23,409 nucleotides of DNA from Tubiluchus corallicola (taxonomy: Eukaryota > Animalia > Priapulida): positions 1 to 23,409 of the forward strand of contig JAQGDQ010001849.1 in the NCBI GenBank assembly GCA_030141605.1, written 5' to 3'. Below, piece after piece: positions 11,273 through 20,426 of the stretch (its first letter is position 1; every line of letters starts with the position of its first letter). The position numbers and the translations under genes are program-made. The notes under the pieces are model-generated. The model saw only the letters and a program-made list of their open reading frames with translations. It searched no databases and was not told the origin of the DNA.

Positions 11273-11847
11273 ATGGAAAAAATCGAACTTACATTGAGAA
11301 TGACTTTCATGAATTAGTGCAGTTCAACAGTGCCCATGAATTCACGAAACGGATTTTTTACTTTTAAAAGGTTTTTATATTTTAGAATAACACGTTTGTT
11401 CCACAAAATAAGACATTATTATAAGTTTATTATTAGTTTGCATATTACAGGCACAACAAATGATAATCGTTAACGAGTAGGGTGAACAGTGCACATAAAT
11501 TTCCTCACAGGCTGTGAAAGTTACATGATTCAACCGTTTGCCAAACCATTAAGAAAGAGAAGAAGACCAAGTATGTTTTCCACATCATACCACTGGCTTG
11601 AGAAATTGTGAGACCCAAGGCTTCAAAGACATTAAAAAATTGATGTTTTGCACCATGAAAATTGATGAATCAAAAATGCAATTACAATATTTTGTTTACG
11701 GTTGCAGTAGTTGATTAGCTTTAACAAAGTTGCACTTAAGTGGGCAAAAAGCTATTGAAATAGAGCTGTTAGCAAAACACGTTGCAATTGACAAGATTTG
11801 AAAAATAAAATACAGATATATTTATTGATTACATAATAATGTGAGGG

Positions 11848-11885
11848 TCCATTAAAACAAGGACTAGATAAACATCCATCAAGGT
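11848..11885 (-). pseudogene. EGF half-exon remnant
   Basis: LDGCLSSPCFNG, then similarity is lost; acceptor reads ttttccAA rather than ccAG. Confidence 0.6.
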
Positions 11886-12294
11886 TTGGAAAATATTGTA
11901 AACTAATTGTTTGTTTGTGAAGATATTAAGACGAACCAGACTACATGGCTCACTAATTTACTTTACAACTGCAGCACAAATAGTTTTAGTGTGTTTGATA
12001 GACTTCTGGAATGATCAACTAGATTTTAAATTATGAAAATAAACTTCCCATAAAGAAAAAAATGCAAAAGTTCCACAGTTTCGTTTACAGCTAGGAAGAG
12101 AAATCCTACTTCATTTTTCTAAATACTTTGAAACGTTCACTTTTGCTTTCTCATTTATATCTTTTGCTTTTCTGTTTATATGCATATCATGCTGTCCAAA
12201 TTTAAGCACGTCGTATACCCATATTATTGCCAAATGTTCATTAATGCATTGATATCTTTAGAAACTTGCCAATGTGTATAACAGCAAGGTGATG

Positions 12295-12833
12295 TTAATC
12301 ATGTAGATAATCTGAAATGGCTAGGTTGTTATGTGTCAGTCCCTTGATCACAATCAAATTTTTTTGCTAAGGACTAGTAATAACACAAATTAGTAAAGGA
12401 CTACAGTACTCAACTTATTTGAAATTCTGCATACTTGCATATAAAAATGGTAATGTTGTTGTGTATATTATTATAAGAATAATTTCCAAACACAAGAACA
12501 GTAATGATAAATAAAAACACAACACAGAGATGATCAACAAGACATTTCAGTCTTGAGTTCATCAAATGCAATGGGCTATCTTTATTTTACAGGTAAAAAA
12601 AAGGCACAAATGTTAACAAAAAAACAGTTATAAACAAGACACAGTCATTTATACTCGTAGAGATGTGATAAATACCTTCTGAACAGTTATGTCCTTCGTA
12701 TCCTGCTTCACAAGTGCAGGTGTAATTATTGACACTCTGTGTGCATGAGCCGTGAATACAAGGATCTGACAAACATTCATCAATATCTAAAAATAATTCA
12801 CACATAAATGCATCAACCAGCTGGTAATATTTT
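12295..12833. repeat. Direct repeat copy B (cbEGF exon plus flanking intron)
   Basis: Homologous to 10734-11217; exon nearly identical, intron diverged with indels. Confidence 0.85.
12676..12786 (-). CDS. Calcium-binding EGF-like exon (EGF gene, spacer)
   Basis: 111 bp, phase 1-1, tttttag|...G|GTATTT; [37 protein letters not shown]. Confidence 0.9.
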
Positions 12834-13407
12834 AAAACCATGTTTAGTGTCCACGACAACCCATGGACTGTCTACACTTCAAGATATGCTTAAAAGTCCA
12901 CAAAGAGTTATTATTCTCTATTTTGAATAACAAATTTAAGCAAGACAATAAATGTTTTGTACTCTTTTGCACAAGGATTTGAAAATACCAATTGCAATCT
13001 AAAAAAAGTGATAGCTAGTTTTCATACAATTCTTTGTGCAGAAGAAGTGCAAAACGTTTATTGCGTTTTCATGTTTCAAAACACGTATTGTCTTAACATT
13101 GCACATGTCTGCCATTTGCAAATATTTTCCCGGAGAAACACTTACAACAAAGAAACCTTTCGAGCTTCAACTGACAGTTGACAGAGTCCTGTATGGTGTA
13201 CTCTGGAAATTACCCTTGCTCAAGATTGTTGCCTTTGAATTTGCTGTCTCACAATTTTGACTTTTGTCTCCTAGGCAGAAAATTTTCGGTATTCGTGATT
13301 TTCGTTTTTGTGATGAACGCTATTCTTGTGTTCACGTACACTGTTGAATTGCACTAACTTGTAAAAGTCTTTCTTTGTGTAAGTTTCATCTAATCGAATT
13401 TTTCCAG

Positions 13408-13521
13408 TTGTCAACCGTTGCTCACCTAATCCTTGCAAAAATGGAGGGCTATGTATGAGTAACCTAAACTGGACTGATTGCATTTGCCCAACTAATTATA
13501 CTGGAGACAATTGTGAGAAAG
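13408..13521 (+). CDS. EGF-like exon (right arm; no upstream exons in this orientation)
   Basis: tttttccag|13408 ... G|GTATCT at 13522; mirror of 9893-10006. Confidence 0.85.
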
Positions 13522-15004
13522 GTATCTGTATGCATTTATGATATTGTAAATTTTATGACCGCTGATTCAGTCCTTTATTCACACGCCGCTTTATCCAATA
13601 CAAACAAGAGGTTATTTGTTTTTTTAGACTCCATAGAATATTTGTCAAATCTTTGTCTTGAGGAGGTGCTAGACCTTTATTGCCTTTTTTCATGTTTCAA
13701 AACATTTGTTGTCTTAGCATTGCACAGGTCTGTCATTTGCAAATATTTTCCCTGAAAAGCACGAATTAATAAGCAATCTTTCTGCGTTCGAATGACTATT
13801 GACAGTTGATGGAGTTATGTATGACGTTCTCTGCAAATTACTGTTGTCGAAGATTGGTAGCCTTTGAAATCGTGTTTTTCTTAAGCAGAAAATTTTCCTC
13901 CATGCACATTTTTCCATTCACTAAGCTTTGACACAACCTAACTATTCAATAAATTGTGGGTCTGGCTTTAAAATGTAGGAGAAGATACAGCATGAAGCAA
14001 AAACAATGATATCCCACTTCTGTGACCATTGCATGAATCTAGCAAGTCACAAATAAACATATACTCCCGCGCGAGAGTTCTAACTTAAATTCTAACTGAG
14101 AATTCTAAATTAAATGCTTATTTAATTTTAAATTCTTTAGTTTCTGCAGCTTTTAGTCTGTGATATGACAGTTGCATGCGATGAAAAAATTAGAAACTGT
14201 ACCAGAACCTTTGCCATTTCCTGCTTTTCACTATTTCAGATAATAATTAAAAATAATAGTATAGAATTGCAAAATATTTTATCTAAGAGAGCCACACTGT
14301 ATTATACACACACAAGACTCACTCACGAACTGGAATGCCTTCTCAAATTGACCAAAACGGACTTACGATCATTGAGCATGAGATCCTGATTATAAATTAT
14401 ATTCTTTTTATAAGAATAAGACACTTTAGCATACAACAATCAAGAGCTCCACTCAATATTTCAAGCAATCAGAATCTGGATCTCTAGACATTTCTCAAAC
14501 GTAAGCCACTAAAGCAACATTCCTATCATTACCATCACTCTAAAAGGTAGACAGTATGATGAATGAAACTCCCTAGAGACAGCATCGAACCCAGACAGCC
14601 ATGACTCATTCACTACACGTCCTAATTAATTCTTCTTATCTGTGAACCAGTTTAGTTCGCAGCAAATTCGTTGTTCAAAATAGAATTAATAGCAATTAGT
14701 GGACTTTAGTAATCCACTGTCACCTGTAGTGTGTAGGTAGCCCATAGATTGTCGTGGTCACTAAATTTTATATACTCTTTTTTATCACGTCTCTATGAGT
14801 ATAGATAACTGCATCTTTTTTTATTGCTGGTTTTTCCTGTTCCTTTTTTTGTAATTTGCTATTGTTGTTTTTGACAAGTGGTAAAACAGATGTGTTGGCA
14901 TCTCTTCTCTAAAAAGATGATTCTCATGTTCACAAATTCTGCTTACTCGCATTAACAAATAAAAGTTATTCTCGGTGTAAATTTCATCTGTTCATTTTTT
15001 TCAG

Positions 15005-15118
15005 TTGTTGACAATTGTTTATCAAATCCTTGCGAGAATTGAGGTTCATGCAAAAATGAGTTAAACACGTTTGTTTGTAATTGTCCACCAAGATATACTG
15101 GAGACTATTGTGAACAAG
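15005..15118 (+). pseudogene. EGF-like exon with premature stop (right arm)
   Basis: ttttttcag|15005 ... G|GTGAAC; TGA at 15040-15042 where paralogous exons have GGA. Confidence 0.88.
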
Positions 15119-15350
15119 GTGAACAATTAATCTGCATGCATTATGTGATATTGTAACTTTTATGACTCCTGGTTGAGTATCTTTCTTTGCAAGTCCTTTA
15201 TTTAAAAAACGCAATTTCCTTGTTTTTTAGATACGATAGTATGTATTTTGTTAAATACCTGTGCTTAAGAAGTGCAAAACGCTTATTGTCTTCTTTCAAG
15301 TATTATCTTAGCATTGTACAGGTTTTCTGTTTGCAAATGTTTTCTGTGAG

Positions 15351-15424
15351 AAGCACAAATGGTTTAAAATGTGTCTGGGCTCAAATGATGCCTGCAAATG
15401 CAAATACAAATAATTGTAATTTAG
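15351..15424 (+). pseudogene. Degenerate EGF C-terminal half-exon (mirror 7986-8059)
   Basis: STNGLKCVWAQ...NTNNCNL followed by a phase-1 donor G|GTAAAA; second Cys replaced by Trp. Confidence 0.5.
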
Positions 15425-15964
15425 GTAAAATGCCACTTGATTTTCTGTGATGTCTCAATGAAAGTTCTCTTGAAAGTATCACAACTTTTTTTGATACCTT
15501 GACAACTTGTGATACATTTTTTGAAAGTAACCATAGTTGCCCAACATTCTCTAGCAAATCAAGTTAGTAAACAGAGTAATTAATTATGTTCAATTTCTAC
15601 ATTGCTCTTTTTTCCCACGTGTTTTAGTATTTAAAGAAGTCAAAAATATGTAACATGTTAACAGTTTTCACAACTGTTTGATAAGTTCTTATTTTTTACA
15701 AAAAAACTACTTGTGCTGTGATCAGCCCATAAATGCTAGCTTGACGCATAAGAGTATTTTAAAGTTATTTTAGCGAGATCTAAAAGTGACAAGAGTCTAA
15801 TAACTTATTTATACAACGTGCATTAACATTTTCTTTTTTTATCATTCCTATCATAATTTAAATAAAATATAAATAAAAACCTTCAAACTTTGATACTACA
15901 TATAATGATCGTTTATAACCTCAACTGATATTTTTGTTGATATTCTAACGTATTCTTTTTTCAG

Positions 15965-16098
15965 GGAATGGATTTAGAGGAGCAAGTTTCGATGCCGCTG
16001 AATCTAACTCTGACAGAGCTTCAGTTCATGTCACAACAATGATCCGTACCATTATGTTGTTCTCAACAATTCGTGCAAGACTTTCAATACTTCACTGA
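15965..16098 (+). CDS. Putative terminal coding exon of the EGF gene (right arm)
   Basis: Strong acceptor ttctttttttcag|; phase-1 frame GNGFRGASFDAAESNSDRASVHVTTMIRTIMLFSTIRARLSILH*; AATAAA at 16234-16239. Confidence 0.6.
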
Positions 16099-17615
16099 CC
16101 AAATAGAAAGGCAGAGTATTTAGTGACTTAAGATTTTGAAGCGTAGTCATATAAGCCAATTTTTGTTCCAGCCAAAACGTATCAAAGAACAACATAATTC
16201 ATAATACCATATGTATTGTAAAACATGATTTTTAATAAATGCTTGGTTTACATTTATTCAAAACATAATTTGACAATTGTAGCTTTGAAACAGCTAGTTT
16301 GACAACTGACATATTTTGTTCCCTTTTGGCAGCGAAATCCTAGACAGGTGCTGTACAATGGTGACCACAATATTTTAATACTTAGGAACTACCTAGTTAA
16401 TATCATTTAACACTTATTTATATCTCGTTTGTTGCATGACTGTCGACAAATTACATTGAGAAGCTGACAAAACAGAGAATACTGTGAATAAATCATGTCT
16501 GGCATAGCAGCAGAAAGTGTAGTTATTTTAGTAATGACTAACTGTTTCATAAGCAGAACTACATTGGCAAGTAGGATATATCAGCTACACATTTGATTTT
16601 TAGTTTTTCTTAAGTAGCAGTGTTGCCTCAACAAATGAAATGTTAGTACGATCGCTAATTAGACAATTAATATTAATTAATTAATTGCCCAACTACGGGA
16701 GCTTCGGCTGGGTCGGACTGGCTATGATGAATACCAGAGTGACCTCATACCACGAAATAAGCGTTGTGAAGTAAATCTGTATCTCCCAAGTTTACTAGCT
16801 GGGCTCCGCAATGAGCCGCTTCAATATGGTTATGCTTTATGGTAGATTCGAGTGACAGATGGTGTCTCTACGAGTATGCAAGGTTGTGAGTAATACTAGA
16901 TTGCACAAATCAAAGTGAACATGCTATTGACAACGGTATACAGGTTTATTGATTAGATAAATTTATAATAAGATGGTTTAACAATAACAACATTCAAATA
17001 AATTACCGAAACAATATAGGCCAACCGCCTCTTAAATTCTGTGGATACATCTTAGTTTGCTTGTTACTTTAATTTCAATAATTAATCATTTGTCCAAAAT
17101 GTTATCATACATACATTAAATTCAATATATAACCTGGGTGAGTCATTTTCCTTGAATGAATTAATCTTCGTTCAAATGCCAATTATTCATTAATTGATTT
17201 CAATTTTATTTTCCTAATGAATGATTTAACATTCTAAAATAAATTCATAATATAATCAGTAACTTATACTTCACCATATTAAATATTAACGCTGTAATAA
17301 TATTGCACGAAACCTGTGCTGCATACGGGAATTTAAGAATAGTCTGTTTCTTGTGTCCAATGATGCCGTATTTAAAGGAAAACACAGGATGATTTTTCAT
17401 AAACTGCATCATTTTAAAGTCCGATAAAAGTATTCATTTTAACACAATGAACACTGCAAAGGCGTTCTTGATAATTAAATGATAGATTAAAAACTTAATC
17501 AACGTCGAGCAAGCCTAGCTATTGATTATGTCACAAACTAACATAATTTTGAACAGCTAAAATATTCCATGTATGATTCCTTTCAATATATTGAAGAGCA
17601 CATCTTGACTTACAG

Positions 17616-17750
17616 ATTAAGATTGGGTCAGGTTTTGCTTTAAAGCAAAGTTTACAGAGCTGAAATATTGGTTACGTAACTTTTGTTGTTGGATTTGCAC
17701 GATCCTTTCCAATGCATATAGGTCTTCTTAAGACAACACGTGTTTCGCTT
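17616..17750 (+). pseudogene. Possible decayed upstream protease exon (GWG-equivalent region); mirror at 5660-5794
   Basis: cttacag| acceptor; reads ...QS*NIGYVTFVVGFARSFPMHIGLLKTTRVSL, loosely like G..C.V.GWG.....L.+.V.+. Internal stop; donor not identified. Confidence 0.3.
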
Positions 17751-17902
17751 TTTTTTACTTTATTTTGTTTATGAAATTAAGACTCAACAAAATGACAACA
17801 AAATCACAATAAAATGACAACAAAACCACGATAAACTCACAAGTGTAGAAATGAAAAGATTACTCCGTTGTCAATTATTAGCATAGTTACTTACTTGTTT
17901 AG

Positions 17903-18454
17903 TGACATGTTCAGGTAGGCGTCAGCACTGTCATTGATACGGGCAATTTAACTGGGACGGTAGCAGAATAATAACTCTGTAATCAAACAAGCAATTTTAC
18001 TTTGGAATTCTCTACCATTACAGGTTAAACAAATCAAGTCCCTATCAGCATTTCAAACAAAATTAAAATCACTAATATTAACCAGATATGAAATACCATC
18101 ACACCAGTACGACAATATACACACCAATTCAGAATTCATATACCCACGGCCATATTAATTAAATCATAGTTTGTTTTGTTTTCGTTTTTTTGTGCATAGT
18201 TGTAAATATGTTTGACTTTATTCGTCATTACTGCACACTAGTTTAGATTGCACTGACGCATTTGCCTTTAGCAGTGTAAGTTTTTATTAACTAACACTGA
18301 TTGATTATCTCTGTAAAGTTTTTATCAGTGATTATCAATGTATTTTAATGGCAAATAAAGATTATATATATAATAGCTACAAAATCGCGCAAATTATATA
18401 TATATATATATATATATAATAGCAAATTCCTGCACTTCTAATGTCGAAAAGAAG
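17903..18454 (+). pseudogene. Penultimate protease exon, interrupted by a LINE fragment (copy 2)
   Basis: Acceptor ttgtttag|17903 and donor AAG|GTATGT at 18455 (phase 2, matching the next exon). Removing the insert and one target-site copy gives TCSGRRQHCH*YGQFNWDGSRIPALLMSKR, which joins in frame to SGGVVQ...LVGVMS. One internal stop. Confidence 0.5.
17970..18419 (+). mobile_element. 5'-truncated non-LTR retrotransposon fragment (CR1/L2/Crack-like 3' end), copy 2
   Basis: Translates VIKQAILLWNSLPLQVKQIKSLSAFQTKLKSLIL (stop 18156-18158), the typical ORF2 C-terminus WNxLP...SL..FKxKLK. AATAAA near 18354, then a (TA)n tail. Flanked by tagcagaat (17961-69) and tagca-aat (18420-27) as a likely target-site duplication. 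Confidence 0.75.
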
Positions 18455-18687
18455 GTATGTGCGAGCGAATGTGTGCACGCTATATCTTCACGTCCACGCC
18501 CTTTTAATACATAGAAAGGCAATTAACTTAATTACTAAATGTGTACAGAGAATGTTGCGTATGACTAATTGGTACATACTATTTAATATAAAACAATTAA
18601 GTCTTGTCCCGTTACTTTTACATCTACATCTTAATGTGTTTGACATTCTTACACGGATATATAAACAAAACTTTGAATGAATTTCAG

Positions 18688-18877
18688 TGGTGGTGTGGTT
18701 CAAACGAACAACTTTCATCTAGTTGGAGTCATGTCGTCTAGTGTAAAGTACAGAAAAGATCCATTTTTTGGCTTGGAAATACCTGTTTGTGTGGGACCAA
18801 CTATTTTCACCAAGGTTGTCCCCTATCATCAATGGATTGCAAAATCATCTAACGTAAAAGTTTTTACCCAGTTGTGA
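18688..18877 (+). pseudogene. Terminal exon of trypsin-fold (S1) serine protease or protease homolog (copy 2)
   Basis: Acceptor tttcag|t (phase 2). FHLVGVMS...C.GPTIFTKVVPYHQWI matches the S1 C-terminal pattern LVGIVSWG..C..PGVYTRV..Y..WI. AATAAA at 18883-18888. Confidence 0.78.
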
Positions 18878-19979
18878 GAAAAAATAAAGAAATTTTTGGT
18901 GTTTCTTTATTGTTCTTCTACTTATGGAAAAACATATACTCTGAGTTATTTTCATCACAGTTTTTTTAACTGACACTGTTGTATTTCAATTAAATTGTCA
19001 AAGTGTACGTCTCTCATGAATCAGTTTCTTTTTATTTTGCGTTCAAAATGTTTCTCATTTATCACAAATTCTTATGAATTTTAAATTTTTGTTAGAAAAA
19101 TTAGTTAATTATCTCTTTATCAATTCTGTGAAATTTCTCTGTGAAGTTGTAAATTTACCCTCGCATCATCATCATCTTCGTCGTCATCGTCGTTAATAAA
19201 TAATCCAACAGAAAATTATATAAATACTGTCTGACGTTGTCACAATAGGTTTAGTTCTGGCAAAAAGGTTTATTTTACGGGACAGAATGTCAGACATAAA
19301 TAATTTGCAAAAGTGCATAACTTATTGGACAAATTTAGAACCCTGAGATAATCGAAAATCTGTTTAGTTTCCAAACCTTAATGTTTTCGTTTTCTATAAT
19401 ATATAAAATCTTATTTAAAATCCAATAACTATCATATGTATAACATTCAGCGGGCGTGTTCACAAAACTTTGCTTATAATACTCTTTGTACTTCATTTAT
19501 TTACACAACCTAGTAATTTTCCACTCAACTGCAGCACGTAGATATGATACATCTTACTGACACGCTTTATTACTAGCACACGTTACGTCAAAAATAACCT
19601 TTGATACTTGATGATGGTACAAAAAGTTATTTAAAGGTCTAACATAGAATAAGCGTGCAATTTTCTGAATAATCCTCACGTTCCTCTGCTTATTTCGCGT
19701 ATCTAATTCTCACATTATGTATCAGATTATGTGTTTTGTGCAATTTTAATAGTTTCTGCATTACATTGTGTAACAAATTAACTTGAATTAAAATAAGTTA
19801 AAGTCTAAAAGTATCTGAAGCAAAGAAGAGGTATTTACACTGCAGTATTTACATCTTTACGAGAATATTGATGTTTAATCTCGGGCAGCAAAGTGAATTT
19901 ATTAATACGTTGTCCAATTTTCTAATTCACTTGAAATATGATAAGTTCCTAAGCAGCAGCTTCAGACAATGAGTGGAGG

Positions 19980-20306
19980 GTGAGTTAATTCCAGTAACAT
20001 ACGTACTTTGCATTACGTCTTTGAGCTATTGATTTATCTAAATATGCATTATAAATGCAATGCTAAACAATTAAATGCAAAAGTGAAAGCAAAATACTCA
20101 GAAATTGACCACTGTCCATGAAAGTATTCTTTAGTTGGTGTTTAGATTGATTGGCTTCTAGAAAAAGGAGATTTTATAAATATTTAGAGCTTGAACATGA
20201 AAGAATGTTTCTTCTTTTACGTTTAACTTTACTTGCTAACTAAACAATAGAAATTTAGCAGATATTTTTATTTTATTTTATTTTTTGTTGTTTACCTTTT
20301 GCATAG
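19980..20306 (+). other. Putative 5'-UTR intron of the ankyrin gene (copy 2)
   Basis: Consensus donor G|GTGAGT at 19980; T-rich tract and ttttgcatag acceptor at 20306, 120 nt before the ATG. Confidence 0.6.
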
Positions 20307-20426
20307 AGATGCTGCATTGCCAAAAGTATAAAAGTTGTCGTGATCACCAACATTAGGCACTGTGCTAAAGAGGATCAAGAAAATCCAGTATTCGATGCAA
20401 TAATTAGCTTTTGTTGAATCAAGAGG

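Larger units (their letters stand above)
10415..12999. other. 2585-bp non-palindromic spacer containing EGF exons
   Basis: No mirror counterpart; lies between the inner ends of the arms. Confidence 0.93.

Noticed and set aside
7312-12786. Assignment to Notch, Crumbs or fibropellin
   Set aside because: Only generic EGF exons are present, with no diagnostic LNR, laminin-G, CUB or avidin domains; the ankyrin ORF is a separate gene.
12587-12859. 90-aa ORF that looks like EGF plus a transmembrane tail
   Set aside because: The hydrophobic tail is T-rich intron read through the G|GTATTT donor; only 12676-12786 is exon.
16720-16790. TGATGA...CGAAA suggesting a hammerhead ribozyme or box C snoRNA
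   Set aside because: The core reads ATGATGA rather than CTGATGA, stems II and III do not pair, and no box D (CTGA) is nearby.
17285-17392. NAVIILHETCAAYGNLRIVCFLCP, faintly like the protease DIALLKL...PICLP segment
   Set aside because: Weak similarity and no clear splice sites.
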